NCBI GenBank assembly: GCA_035504195.1
Contig: DATJSG010000016.1
Location: forward strand, 284,828-348,827
Length of the DNA stretch: 64,000 bases
Reading direction: 5' to 3'
Origin: Terriglobales bacterium
Lineage (GTDB): Bacteria; Acidobacteriota; Terriglobia; Terriglobales; Acidobacteriaceae
Shown: in pieces, positions 35,174 to 44,980 of the stretch
Layout of the letters: every line of letters starts with the position of its first letter
How positions within the stretch are numbered: the stretch's first letter is position 1
Program-made: the position numbers and the translations under genes
The notes under the pieces: model-generated
Database searches by the model: none
What the model saw: the letters and a program-made list of their open reading frames with translations, nothing else
What the model was told of the DNA's origin: nothing

Positions 35174-36367
35174 CTACACCAAGCCCTTTCGCAAATCTTC
35201 CAGCGGATACTTCGTGCCGCGCCATTCAATCCCATCGTTCCACAACGTCAGCACCATCGACCGCAGCAGCGTGTAGATGAACAAGGCCGAACTCACGGGA
35301 TGCAACAGAAAATAATATGGTGGCACCGACGAACGTCGCGATATGCCCACATAAATCGCAAACATCGACCCCAGCGCCACTCCGTAAGGCATGCGCGCCC
35401 AGCCGTGGGCCAGCCAAATACTAAGAAACGGCCCCAGGTTGAGAAACGCCAGCCCGAACGCCGAAAGCAAAGCCCGTGGCCACTGAAACGACAGTACGGC
35501 GAAGAAGTTTTTTGTCAAGTTGTTGACCACGCCCATGGCGCCATGCGCCCAGCGGATCGAAACCAGGTCGCCGCCAAAAACGTTGCGCTGCGCGAAGCCG
35601 GCCTTCTTCACCACTTTTCCCAGCTTCATGTCGTCAACCACTTCCATGCGCAGCGCTTCATGCGTGCCCACAAGGTCATACACGCGCCGCCGCACCAGGT
35701 TGAATGCGCCTACGCCCATGTGATCGTCCGCCTTTGGATCGGCCACTTTCCATGGCCGGTGCCCAAACACAAAGAGGGTCTGAAAAAACGCGATCATCAT
35801 GCGCTCACCCGGCGAATGCATGATCATCTGCGGGAACAGCACAACGTGGTCGGCGCGCTCCGTCTCGGCATAAGCCAACGCGCGCCGCAGCGAGTCCGGT
35901 TTGAAGAGCACATCGGCGTCGGTAAACAGCAGCCACTCTCCCGTCGCCTGATTCGCCGCGGTCCACATGGCATGAGTCTTGCCCAGCCAGCCCGCGGGAA
36001 GTTCTTGGTGATGAATGACATGAAGAATGGGGTGCCCCGTTCGAGCTTGGTTTGGCCGGCGATTCTTCCCGATCGAGTCCATAATCGCACCCGTGCGGTC
36101 GGTCGACCGGTCGTCCACTGCGATCACTTCGTAGTTGTCGTAATCAAGCGCCAGCAGAGAGTTGAGCGCCTGCTCGATGGCCAATTCCTCGTTGCGTGCG
36201 GGAACAATGATGGAAACGCGAGGATTGCCGGCCGCCGAAACTGGATTGCGATCCCACTCGCGGCGAGAGACATCGGCCACGCTCGGCATGCCCAGCGCAG
36301 CATCGATGATGCGGGAAAGCCACGCAACGCCCAGAACAATTCCCGCAACCCAATAGAAATAGATCAT
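35174..36367 (-). CDS. family-2 glycosyltransferase with C-terminal TM helices
   Basis: VSIIVPARNEE...YEVIAVDDRSTDRT...GWLGKTHAMW...LLFTDADV is a GT2 DxD-type signature (HpnB/CrtQ-like layout). Confidence 0.75.
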   Translation of the reverse strand: MIYFYWVAGIVLGVAWLSRIIDAALGMPSVADVSRREWDRNPVSAAGNPRVSIIVPARNEELAIEQALNSLLALDYDNYEVIAVDDRSTDRTGAIMDSIGKNRRPNQARTGHPILHVIHHQELPAGWLGKTHAMWTAANQATGEWLLFTDADVLFKPDSLRRALAYAETERADHVVLFPQMIMHSPGERMMIAFFQTLFVFGHRPWKVADPKADDHMGVGAFNLVRRRVYDLVGTHEALRMEVVDDMKLGKVVKKAGFAQRNVFGGDLVSIRWAHGAMGVVNNLTKNFFAVLSFQWPRALLSAFGLAFLNLGPFLSIWLAHGWARMPYGVALGSMFAIYVGISRRSSVPPYYFLLHPVSSALFIYTLLRSMVLTLWNDGIEWRGTKYPLEDLRKGLV

Positions 36368-36372
36368 TCTTC

Positions 36373-37611
36373 TTACGTCTTCCCGGCTCCGATGGACGCG
36401 CCATCCACCGCAACCGGTGGGGCAAACTTCATCCCATAAAACAGTATGGCAGCAGAAATCCCCATCGCGATAATCGGCAGAACAAACGCAACCTGCAGCG
36501 ATCGCCGGTCCGCAACCCAGCCCATCATGGTCGGCGAAGGCACGTCGCCAAGAAGATGGATCAGGAAAATATTGACCGCCAGCGCGGTCGCGCGAATATG
36601 CGCCCCCACCGAGTTAATGACCGCTGCATTCAACGGCGCTGTATTCAACAGCAGAAAGAATGCAGCCACTCCAATCGCGGGGATCATCAATGGCCCCTTG
36701 GCAAACAGGGCGACGATCATCACCGGAATGCCCAGCAACATGCTGAGCGCCGAAACGAAGTAGTAAGAGCTCTTCATGCGCGGCAGCAGAAAATCGCCGA
36801 GCCATCCGCCGGCCAGCGCCGCTAGAATCCCATCCACGACGATGATGACGCCGAACATCAGATTCGCGTTTTCCAGCGTGTAGTGGCGTTCGCTGTAAAG
36901 GAACTGCGGCATCCACACCTGAACGCCACCCAGAGAAAATGTCATCGCGGCCATGCCCAGAGTGGAAGTCAGGAACGCGGGATTCTTTGCCAGCCCCAGA
37001 ACTGAGCCGCGCTCGGGAGTTTCTTTCAGCGTGTCGAATTGTCCCCGCTCCGGTTCCGTGAGGAACATCGCAGCCACCGCCAGGAGAAATCCGGGCGCGG
37101 CAGCAATGTAAAACGGGAAACGCCAGCCATGCGCTGGCGCCAGATATCCGCCCAGCAGATATCCCGCGGCCGAGCCTACGGGAATTGCCAAGTAGAACAC
37201 TCCTAGAATGCGGCCGCGTTTTTTCTCCGCAAAAAGATCGGCCACGAAAGTCGGCGCAATGGTAACGAAGGTCGCCTCGCCGATTCCAACCAGCGTGTGC
37301 CGGATGAGCAGTTCTGTGTAGGTGTGCGTGACTGCGGTGAGCAGTGTAAGCCCGCTCCAGAACACCGCCCCCAGCACGATGATCAGCTTGCGCGAGTAGC
37401 GGTCAGCAAGAGGCCCCACGAACGGAGCCGCGATCATATAGAAACCGAGGAATGCGCTGGTCAGATATCCAATCTGCTCTTTGTTGAGATGAAATTCATC
37501 CTGCACGAGCGGTTGCACCGCAAACAGAACGTTGCGGTCCGCGTAGTTGAGCAGATTGAGCGCCGTCAGAACGATCAGCGCCGTGCGTGGTTGGAGATCG
37601 GACTGGGCCAC
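36373..37611 (-). CDS. MFS transporter (Spinster-like)
   Basis: 412 aa with 12 predicted TM helices. NLLNYADRNVL and GPLADRYSRK are MFS motif-A-like loops. Confidence 0.75.
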   Translation of the reverse strand: MAQSDLQPRTALIVLTALNLLNYADRNVLFAVQPLVQDEFHLNKEQIGYLTSAFLGFYMIAAPFVGPLADRYSRKLIIVLGAVFWSGLTLLTAVTHTYTELLIRHTLVGIGEATFVTIAPTFVADLFAEKKRGRILGVFYLAIPVGSAAGYLLGGYLAPAHGWRFPFYIAAAPGFLLAVAAMFLTEPERGQFDTLKETPERGSVLGLAKNPAFLTSTLGMAAMTFSLGGVQVWMPQFLYSERHYTLENANLMFGVIIVVDGILAALAGGWLGDFLLPRMKSSYYFVSALSMLLGIPVMIVALFAKGPLMIPAIGVAAFFLLLNTAPLNAAVINSVGAHIRATALAVNIFLIHLLGDVPSPTMMGWVADRRSLQVAFVLPIIAMGISAAILFYGMKFAPPVAVDGASIGAGKT

Positions 37612-37668
37612 GGGTCCAGCGAATATAACATGGCGGCTCGGTCATCGCCTGCGGGCCAGTAATAACGA

Positions 37669-37697
37669 TTGACATTATTAACGAGCACCGTTATTAT
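37669..37697 (+). promoter_or_regulatory. sigma70-type promoter with overlapping palindrome upstream of higB
   Basis: TTGACA (37669-37674), a 17-nt spacer, then TATTAT (37692-37697). The palindrome TAACG-agcac-CGTTA (37679-37693) overlaps the spacer and -10. The higB GTG is only 7 nt downstream of the -10. Confidence 0.55.
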
Positions 37698-37703
37698 ACT
37701 GAT

Positions 37704-37979
37704 GTGCTCAAGACTTTCGCCAACAAACTGACGGCGGAAATCTGGAGGACGGGCAAAACGAGGGGGGCGGCGGCAGCGGGCGTTAGCAAACGAAAGCTGG
37801 CGATGCTCGACGGTGCGGCGTCTCTGGACGATTTGAAATGTCCCCCCGGAAACAGGCTGGAGAAGTTGAGCGGCGACCGCCAAGGGCAATACAGCATTCG
37901 TATCAACGACCAATACCGAATCTGTTTTGAATGGCGCGGTCACGATGCGTACGAAGTAGAGATCACCGACTATCACTAG
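37704..37979 (+). CDS. higB: HigB-type toxin (RelE superfamily, plasmid maintenance killer)
   Basis: PPGNRLEKLSGDRQGQYSIRINDQYRICFEW...DAYEVEITDYH is the canonical HigB ending. Confidence 0.85.
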   Translation: MLKTFANKLTAEIWRTGKTRGAAAAGVSKRKLAMLDGAASLDDLKCPPGNRLEKLSGDRQGQYSIRINDQYRICFEWRGHDAYEVEITDYH

Positions 37980-38024
37980 AATTGGCAAGCTCACTGAGGA
38001 AGCGGCTGAAAGCGTAAAACAATC

Positions 38025-38345
38025 ATGAGTATCGTCAGAAAAGGCGCCCCACACTGGAGAGTGCATCCCGGCGAAATCTTGCGGGAAGAGTTTCTCAAGC
38101 CGCTCGGCATCTCGGCGTATGAACTGGCAAAGCGACTTCACGTTCCCGCGCCTCGCGTCAACGACATCGTACTTGAGCGCCGCGGCATCAGCGCCGATAC
38201 CGCCGTCCGTCTCTCGCGTTTCTTCGGAACGACCGACCAGTTCTGGCTCAACCTGCAGGGCACCTATGAGGTCAGCCGCGTAATGGCCGAACAAGGCGCC
38301 GAAATTGAGCGAATCCAACCGCGATCGGCCTCCGCAGCGCGCTAA
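38025..38345 (+). CDS. higA: HigA-family antitoxin (HTH-XRE)
   Basis: HPGEILREEFLKPLGISAYELAKRLHVPAPRVNDIVLERRGISADTAVRLSRFFGTTDQFWLNLQ. Confidence 0.85.
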   Translation: MSIVRKGAPHWRVHPGEILREEFLKPLGISAYELAKRLHVPAPRVNDIVLERRGISADTAVRLSRFFGTTDQFWLNLQGTYEVSRVMAEQGAEIERIQPRSASAAR

Positions 38346-38364
38346 AACGCTGACCTTACCCTCC

Positions 38365-38760
38365 TCACTTCGCCCGCGGCCATTTCGCCACAATCGTGGT
38401 TGAGATTCCGCCGCGCGGACGAAACTCTCCTCTCACTTCCGCCCAGACCGGCTTCGCCCACTTGACCACGTCCTTGAGCACTTGATTGACCACGTTTTCC
38501 TGAAAGATGCCCAGATTCCGATAGGACTGCAAATACTCCTTCAAGGACTTCAACTCCAGGCAGTTCTTGTCGGGCATGTAACGAATGGTGAGTGCGCCAA
38601 AATCCGGCAATCCCGTCTTCGGGCATACCGAAGTAAACTCCGGATCGTCCACCACAATCTCGTATCCGGGGAATTGATTGGGCCAGGTTTCGATCTCAGG
38701 GAACTTCGCGTCGAGGCCGGCGGCGGCGTGCTCAGGCGTATAACGGGGGGATTTAGGCAT
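38365..38760 (-). CDS. queF: NADPH-dependent 7-cyano-7-deazaguanine reductase (type I)
   Basis: FTSVCPKTGLPDF contains the catalytic Cys. The QueF motif is ELKSLKEYL. The protein is 131 aa. Confidence 0.85.
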   Translation of the reverse strand: MPKSPRYTPEHAAAGLDAKFPEIETWPNQFPGYEIVVDDPEFTSVCPKTGLPDFGALTIRYMPDKNCLELKSLKEYLQSYRNLGIFQENVVNQVLKDVVKWAKPVWAEVRGEFRPRGGISTTIVAKWPRAK

Positions 38761-38939
38761 GGCAGTATTGTAACGGCTCCGCGCTGCACCCGAAGCCGAT
38801 CAGCCCGCATCCAACCAGTTAGCGTGCTGGGGAGTTCTCTCCGTCGGCGTTGGCCGGAGAGTGGTAAATTACTCCTTCCAGTATTTCCTGCCGCACCCTG
38901 AAAAGAACAGGGAAAGATGCGCCGGTAAAGACAAACAGG

Positions 38940-40181
38940 TTGGCATCGACGAACAACTCGAACGCGGCGCCGTCGCGGCGCTGGATTTGGCTCGTGCTGG
39001 CCGTGCTGGCGTTAGCGCTGCTGTATTCTTATTTTCACAATTCTCCTCTGCGGGTGCGCGCGGCAGCCGTGGAGCGCGGCCCCATTCGCAGCCTGGTTTC
39101 TACCAACGGCAAGATCGAGCCCATTCAGAACTTCGAGGCGCACGCGCCTGTTGCAACCACAGTGAAGCGCCTGCTGGTCAAGGAAGGCGACCACGTGCGC
39201 AAGGGACAACTGTTGTTGCAGTTGGACGACGACGATATCCGCACCCAGGCTAGCCGAGCTTTGGTTCAGGTAAGAGACGCTCAGGCGGCGCTGGCGGCGC
39301 TGCGAAATTCCGGTACGCACGAAGAAGTCATTACGCTGGACGCGCAACTCACCAAAGCTCGCAGCGCCCGCGACGAGGCCCGTCATACTCTCGAGGCCTT
39401 ACGCCGTCTGCAACAAGAAGGCGCAGCCTCCCCCGGCGAAGTGCGTCAAGCTGAAGATACGCTGCGGCAGGCCCAAGCAGACCTCACACTGGACGAGCAG
39501 AAAAAGAAGGATCGTTACTCTGAACCTGAAGTCGCGAAAATTCAGGCCCAGGCTTCCGAAGCCCAGGCCGCCTATGACGCCGCCGAAGACGCTCTCAGCA
39601 AATCCAATGTCCGCGCGCCTTTCGATGGAATCGTCTATTCCCTTCCGGTGAAGCAGGGCACGTTTGTTCAGGCCGGCGAACTGATGCTGCAGGAAGCGGA
39701 TCTTTCCCACGTGCTGGTCCGCGCCTTTGTCGACGAGCCTGACATTGGACGCCTGCAGCCGGGCCAACCTGTCGAAGTGAGCTGGGATGCGCTTCCCGGC
39801 CGCACCTGGACCGGAACTGTAAGCACGGTCCCGTCCACCGTAAAACTGCATGGCAACCGAAATGTCGGCGAAACCACTTGCGTGATCGACAACCATGACC
39901 TGCGGCTGCTGCCCAACGTCAACGTCGGCGTCACTATTGTGATCGCTCAACACCAGGACGTGCTCACCCTGGAGCGCGATGCGATCCACGCCGATGACAG
40001 TAAGCCCTATGTCTTCCAGATCGTCGACGGGCACTTAAAGCGCCAGACCGTTTCGATATCCCTGCAGAATTTGACCCGCGTCGAAATTGCCTCCGGGCTC
40101 GATCAAGGGGCGGAGGTCGCGTTGTCGACCGAAGATGCGAAACCTCTGTTCGATGGCGCCGCTGTAAAGGTGATCCCATAA
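38940..40181 (+). CDS. efflux periplasmic adaptor (HlyD/MacA-like membrane fusion protein)
   Basis: It has an N-terminal TM helix, a lipoyl-like segment (VKRLLVKEGDHVRKGQLLLQLDD), a long coiled coil, then beta-barrel segments. The TTG start is uncertain. Confidence 0.7.
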   Translation: MASTNNSNAAPSRRWIWLVLAVLALALLYSYFHNSPLRVRAAAVERGPIRSLVSTNGKIEPIQNFEAHAPVATTVKRLLVKEGDHVRKGQLLLQLDDDDIRTQASRALVQVRDAQAALAALRNSGTHEEVITLDAQLTKARSARDEARHTLEALRRLQQEGAASPGEVRQAEDTLRQAQADLTLDEQKKKDRYSEPEVAKIQAQASEAQAAYDAAEDALSKSNVRAPFDGIVYSLPVKQGTFVQAGELMLQEADLSHVLVRAFVDEPDIGRLQPGQPVEVSWDALPGRTWTGTVSTVPSTVKLHGNRNVGETTCVIDNHDLRLLPNVNVGVTIVIAQHQDVLTLERDAIHADDSKPYVFQIVDGHLKRQTVSISLQNLTRVEIASGLDQGAEVALSTEDAKPLFDGAAVKVIP

Positions 40182-40185
40182 ACGC

Positions 40186-41172
40186 ATGAGCCGTGCAGCG
40201 GGGGCGTTCTGTCGTCGTGGGTCAACTACGCTGTTGCTCACGACGCTTCTCTGCGTTGTCTTATTCTGTACCGCTCGCGCCGCCACGCCGAAAGATTTAC
40301 TGGCGTCCGGCCAGGTGGACGAGGCGCTTCAGACTCTGCAGCAGGAGATCGATCGCTCTCCGGAGGACGCCCAAGCGTATAACCTTCTCTGTCGTGCATA
40401 CTTCATGGTCGACCAGTGGGATCGCGGAATTCCGGCCTGCGAGCGCGCCCGCAATCTCAATCCTGACAACAGTCTCTACGAACTCTGGCTGGGCCGAATC
40501 TACGGCGAAAAAGCCGATCGCGCTGGCTTTCTCTCCGCCGCCGGACTGGCCAAAAAAGTCCGCGTCGCCTTCGAACGCGCTGTGGAACTGGATCCCAAGA
40601 GCTGGGAAGCTCGCACCGATTTAGCCGAGTTTTATCTGGAGGCGCCAGGCATTGTCGGTGGCGGCAAAGACAGAGCTCAACGGGAAGCCGACGCCCTCAT
40701 GCTTCTGAATCCCGCCCGTTCGCATTGGGTCGCGGCCCGCATCGAGGAAAAAGATAAAGACGCGGCTGCCGCCGAACTCGAATATCGCGCCGCTATCGCC
40801 GTCAGCCACTCTGCCGCACGCGAATGGGTCGATCTGGCGATTTTCCTCCGTCACACAAATCGCCTGGACGAAATGGACCAAGCCCTGGCACACCTCGATT
40901 CCGCCCCGCTCGATCACCCCGAGTCGCTTATGGACGGCGCCAGCCTTCTTCTCCGCACCGGCCGCGATTATTCGCTCGGGGTGCGTCTGCTGCACCGTTA
41001 TCTTTCGGCTCCGGTTGAGGAAGGTCCCGCCTTCAAGGCGCATGACATGCTTGGCCAGTTGTTAGAACGGCAGGGCGACCGGAAGGCTGCCGCCGAGGAA
41101 TATCGCGCGGCTCTGGCGCTTTGGCATGGCTACGCCCGCGCGCAGGAGGATCTAAAGCGCGTCACGCGCTGA
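40186..41172 (+). CDS. tetratricopeptide-repeat protein (secreted)
   Basis: It has a signal-like N-terminus and multiple TPR-like units (AQAYNLLCRAYF..., ELWLGRIYGEKA..., AEEYRAALALW). Confidence 0.65.
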   Translation: MSRAAGAFCRRGSTTLLLTTLLCVVLFCTARAATPKDLLASGQVDEALQTLQQEIDRSPEDAQAYNLLCRAYFMVDQWDRGIPACERARNLNPDNSLYELWLGRIYGEKADRAGFLSAAGLAKKVRVAFERAVELDPKSWEARTDLAEFYLEAPGIVGGGKDRAQREADALMLLNPARSHWVAARIEEKDKDAAAAELEYRAAIAVSHSAAREWVDLAIFLRHTNRLDEMDQALAHLDSAPLDHPESLMDGASLLLRTGRDYSLGVRLLHRYLSAPVEEGPAFKAHDMLGQLLERQGDRKAAAEEYRAALALWHGYARAQEDLKRVTR

Positions 41173-41180
41173 GCCCGGTG

Positions 41181-41205
41181 TCTCTCTGTGCCCTCTGTGG
41201 TTCAA
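41181..41205. repeat. CTCTGTGG-type short repeat
   Basis: The sequence is TCTCTCTGTGCCCTCTGTGGTTCAA; see 8471, 44921 and 49251 for related copies. Confidence 0.45.
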
Positions 41206-41319
41206 GCTTCCTGTTTTGCCGCGGAAAATCGCTCCGGCCGCTCCATCGGGCATTTAGAATTTCGCTTGCATCTAACTCATTCACGAATTCATTCCCAGTG
41301 CCTCGCGAAAGGGACAAAA

Positions 41320-42675
41320 ATGAAAACCTCGCGTCGCGGCGCATGCGCCGCTCAATGGATTTCCGTAATCTTCCTGCTCTCGACTTCCCTGCTGGCAGAG
41401 CCCATTCCGCTCAAGCGCGTCGTCGAACTTGCTCTCACGCACGCCACCGGAGCCGCCATCGCCGCGGCCGATGAGCAGCGCGCCGCGGCGGGTTACCACG
41501 AACTTCGCGGAGACTACCTGCCGCAACTCACCACCGGAGCCGGCCTCGGTTACTCTTATGGTTTTCCGCTCGGCCTGGAAGGATCGGCGCCGTCGCTGTT
41601 CAGCTTGAATATGCAGTCGGCGCTGCTGAATCCTTCGCTGCGCGATTTTGTTCGAGCCGCGCGAGTCGAGTCCAATGTCGCCGCACTCAAGAATAAAGAT
41701 CAGCGCAACCAGGTGATTCATGATGCCGCGCTCAGTTATGCCGAGTTGGCCAAATGGGAGCAGCGGCTTTCCCGTTTACGGGAAACCGCCGATGAAGCCG
41801 ACAAGCTGCAGGCAGCCGTTGCCGAGCGCATCAAAGAAGGCGTCGATACCGAACTCGACGGGGATCAGGCCAAACTTTCCGCCGCGCGCATTCACCTGCG
41901 CATCACCGAGGCGCAAGACGCTGCCGCGGTGCTGCGCGAGCACATCTCAAAATTGACCGGCCTTCCGGCGGCTGACATCGAGACGGAGCCAGACGCGCTG
42001 CCCGATTTTCCCGCGCTCCCGAAGGATCCATCCACTCCCGCGCATGCGGCCGATTCAAGTCCGGCGGTTCAGGCCGCAGTGGAACACGCACGCGCCCAAT
42101 ACCTGCGTGCCCAAGGCGAGCACCGTGCGTTCTGGCCCAGCTTTGATTTCGCCGCGCAATACTCCCTGCTCTCGAGGTTCAACAATTTTCAGCAGTACTA
42201 TATTCCCGGAAAGCCGTGCCCGGTTGCGGGGGTTGAAGTTGTGTGCGTGGACGATTCGTTTCGCCAGAATAATGCCACTGTCGGAATCTCCATCCGTTTT
42301 CCGTTTCTGAACTTCTCGCAGCGGGCCCGCGCCCAGGCCGCCGACGCCGACGCGATCAAAGCGAACAAGCAGGCCGAAGCCGCCCGCAATCAGGTTTCTG
42401 AAGAGACCTTGCGCTTGCAGCGGTCAGTCGCTCAGATGCAAGCCGCGCGCGAAGTGTCCCGACTGGAATATGAGATCGCGGAGAAGACCCTCTCGGCCGT
42501 ACAAACTCGCATGAACGCCGGCACCGCCACGATTCAAGATCTCGACGACGCCCGCTCTCAAGTCAGCGAACATTTCATCGCTTTGCAGGATGTCACCTTC
42601 GAACTCGAACGAAGCCAACTCGGCCTGTTGCGTTCTACCGGAGACTTAGAGAAATGGGCTCTCGGCACACCCTAA
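41320..42675 (+). CDS. TolC-family outer-membrane efflux protein
   Basis: Internal Met45 (MKTSRRGACAAQWISVIFLLSTSLLA) of ORF 41188..42675. It is a two-repeat alpha/beta OMF pattern with a long coiled content. Confidence 0.7.
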   Translation: MKTSRRGACAAQWISVIFLLSTSLLAEPIPLKRVVELALTHATGAAIAAADEQRAAAGYHELRGDYLPQLTTGAGLGYSYGFPLGLEGSAPSLFSLNMQSALLNPSLRDFVRAARVESNVAALKNKDQRNQVIHDAALSYAELAKWEQRLSRLRETADEADKLQAAVAERIKEGVDTELDGDQAKLSAARIHLRITEAQDAAAVLREHISKLTGLPAADIETEPDALPDFPALPKDPSTPAHAADSSPAVQAAVEHARAQYLRAQGEHRAFWPSFDFAAQYSLLSRFNNFQQYYIPGKPCPVAGVEVVCVDDSFRQNNATVGISIRFPFLNFSQRARAQAADADAIKANKQAEAARNQVSEETLRLQRSVAQMQAAREVSRLEYEIAEKTLSAVQTRMNAGTATIQDLDDARSQVSEHFIALQDVTFELERSQLGLLRSTGDLEKWALGTP

Positions 42676-42767
42676 CGAAAAAGCAAAGCTGCAAGAGCGG
42701 CCCTCCGGGCCGCGTCGGAAGGTTGCGAGCCGGCCTCAGCACTGGTGGCCGTCTTTACGCAGCCTCG

Positions 42768-43085
42768 TTACAACTTCCCTCTCAATGTCTTCACCAACTG
42801 CCGGATCACCTTCTCATCCCTCCGATACCAACGCCACTGACCGCGCTTCGTCGCTTCCACGAGTCCCGCCTTCGTGAGAATTCCCATGTGATGAGAAATG
42901 GTCGGTTGCGACAGATGAATTCGCTCTTCAATGTCCCCGCCGCACAAACAGCGTTCAAGGCCGGCCACATTCCTTACGACAGCCTTCGCGGCCGGTCCTT
43001 CTTTCAAAGTCCGCAAAATGCGGCGCCGCGTGGGGTCGGCAATGGCATGAAGCGCGCGGTCGAGCATGGCATCGGAAACAGACAT
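42768..43085 (-). CDS. ArsR/SmtB-family transcriptional regulator
   Basis: LHAIADPTRRRILRTL...LSQPTISHHMGILTKAGLV. Confidence 0.8.
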   Translation of the reverse strand: MSVSDAMLDRALHAIADPTRRRILRTLKEGPAAKAVVRNVAGLERCLCGGDIEERIHLSQPTISHHMGILTKAGLVEATKRGQWRWYRRDEKVIRQLVKTLRGKL

Positions 43086-43188
43086 GATCGACTAGAAATA
43101 ACGCGAGAATCGATGCCTGTCAATGTAGGAATAAAGAGTGAGCTGATCGACGATCACGCTGAAAGTCGGCGCTCTCGGGTTCAGAATG

Positions 43189-43797
43189 TTATTTCTTCAG
43201 AATCGGGCTATACCCATCCCCGATCAGCCGCGCGCGCATGGCCTCCGCTTCCTTCGCGTCCGTATAGGGTCCCAATTGCACTCGAAATAGCGCATCGGTT
43301 GCAGACGAGGGTGCGACAAATGCCGGATAGTCTTTCTTCTTGAGCGCGTCCACCAAAGCGTCGGCATCTTCCTGCTTGCTGACCGCAGCCACCTGCACAA
43401 AATATGCGGACGTGGGAAGCGTGGCCGCCGAGTCCGGCGCGCTCGCCGCCGGAGCCGTTGGGGCGCCAGCATTCGCCGCGCCGGAATTCCCCGCGGCAGT
43501 GGGCGTATCCGGTTTCGCCTGGGTTGTAGGCGTTAACTCTGCATTCGCGTCTTTCTGTTCCACCGATTTATAGAACGTCATCGGCGGACTCGCCGGAGCT
43601 CCGCTGTTCGATTTGTTTCCCGCTGTCGCAGTCTGCGGCGCAACCGCGGCGCTTGCCGTCGTCAGGGCCGGCTCCGACTTGCGTCCCAGCGAGTATCCCA
43701 AGGCGAAGAACAGCGCGCAGATTCCCACCAGCCCAAAAAACAAGACCAGCAGCTTGCCTGTTCCAAGCGTTATTTCCGTATCTTCAGACGAAGCCAT
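43189..43797 (-). CDS. SPOR-domain protein
   Basis: It has an N-terminal TM helix, a low-complexity linker and a C-terminal YFVQVAAVSKQEDADALVDALKKKDYPAFV...FRVQLGPYTDAKEAEAMRARL. Confidence 0.75.
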   Translation of the reverse strand: MASSEDTEITLGTGKLLVLFFGLVGICALFFALGYSLGRKSEPALTTASAAVAPQTATAGNKSNSGAPASPPMTFYKSVEQKDANAELTPTTQAKPDTPTAAGNSGAANAGAPTAPAASAPDSAATLPTSAYFVQVAAVSKQEDADALVDALKKKDYPAFVAPSSATDALFRVQLGPYTDAKEAEAMRARLIGDGYSPILKK

Positions 43798-43918
43798 AAT
43801 TCAACTCCCATCGTTGAAGTCCAGTTCCGGCGCGCAAAAAATCTAACTCGTTGTCATTCCGACTCCTGAGCGAAGTGAAGGACGGGGAAATCCGTTTTTG
43901 GCCAGCCAGCTCTCTCCG

Positions 43919-44791
43919 TCACGCCGTCTTCGCCGGCGGCGCAGGCGCCGCGGCGCTCGTTCCCGGCGTACCGAGCAATTTCTGAATCCCCGAGAAAAAG
44001 TCCACCGGCACCGGAAAAACCACGGTCGTATTCTTCTCCACGCCAATCTCCGTCAAGGTCTGCAGATATCTCAACTGCACGCTAACCGGCTCGCTCGACA
44101 GCAGATGCGCCGCGTCCACCAGCCGCTGCGCCGCCGAAAACTCGCCCTCGGCATGAATGATCTTCGACCGTTTCTCGCGTTCCGCCTCGGCTTGCTTGGC
44201 CATCGCGCGCTGCATATCCTCCGGCAAATCCACCTGCTTCACCTCAACATTGGTGACTTTCACGCCCCAAGGTGAAGTGTGCTGGTCGAGAATGCTCTGC
44301 AAGCGCAGATTGATCTTGTCGCGATGCGAAAGCAATTCGTCGAGTTCCTGCTCGCCCAGCACGGACCGCAGCGTAGTCTGCGCAAACTGCGAAGTCTGGT
44401 ACACGTAGTTCGACACTTCCACGACCGCCTTGCGCGGCTCAATCACGCGCAGAAAGATTATCGCGTTTACTTTTAACGTGACGTTGTCGCGCGTAATAAT
44501 GTCCTGCGGGGGAACTTCCAGCGCCTCCTGGCGCAGCGAAACCCGTACCATCCGGTCGACCGGCGCAAACACGAGAATGACGCCCGGCCCTTTGGCCTCA
44601 GGGAGCAAACGCCCCAGGCGGAAGATGACGCCGCGCTCATACTCAGCCAGAATCTTGATGGAATTAATAAGGTAAATAACAATCACGACCCCGATGATTG
44701 CAATTGTGCCAATGCCCAGCCCAAGAAATTCCACGGCAGCCTCCACAATTGGAGCGACAAAATGGGAACGACCGAGCCTGGAGCTACCCAA
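43919..44791 (-). CDS. SPFH/band-7 (stomatin/slipin-like) protein
   Basis: [19 protein letters not shown]...[24 protein letters not shown]... The start is uncertain (TTG 44791 or a downstream GTG). Confidence 0.8.
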   Translation of the reverse strand: MGSSRLGRSHFVAPIVEAAVEFLGLGIGTIAIIGVVIVIYLINSIKILAEYERGVIFRLGRLLPEAKGPGVILVFAPVDRMVRVSLRQEALEVPPQDIITRDNVTLKVNAIIFLRVIEPRKAVVEVSNYVYQTSQFAQTTLRSVLGEQELDELLSHRDKINLRLQSILDQHTSPWGVKVTNVEVKQVDLPEDMQRAMAKQAEAEREKRSKIIHAEGEFSAAQRLVDAAHLLSSEPVSVQLRYLQTLTEIGVEKNTTVVFPVPVDFFSGIQKLLGTPGTSAAAPAPPAKTA

Positions 44792-44980
44792 CCCGGAGCC
44801 CCGAACCCGCTCCTACCGCGGATTGTATAGCAGGCAGGCAGACTCGGCGCGTAAATCGCTGTGTACAGGTTGCTTGGCTTGATGCCACGCGAGGCCGCAG
44901 AGAACTCGCAGCAAGAAGTTCTTCCCTGTCCTCTGTGGTTGTTTTGAAGGGGAAATCTACCCGCCCGGCAAACCCTGCGC

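Noticed and set aside
35141-36439. 432-aa ORF antisense to the GT2 glycosyltransferase gene.
   Set aside because: It is Arg/His/Pro-rich with no recognisable domain. The opposite strand carries clear GT2 motifs.
37575-38393. 272-aa minus-strand ORF spanning the higBA locus.
   Set aside because: The plus strand encodes textbook HigB and HigA sequences with a consensus promoter. The minus-strand ORF has no recognisable features.
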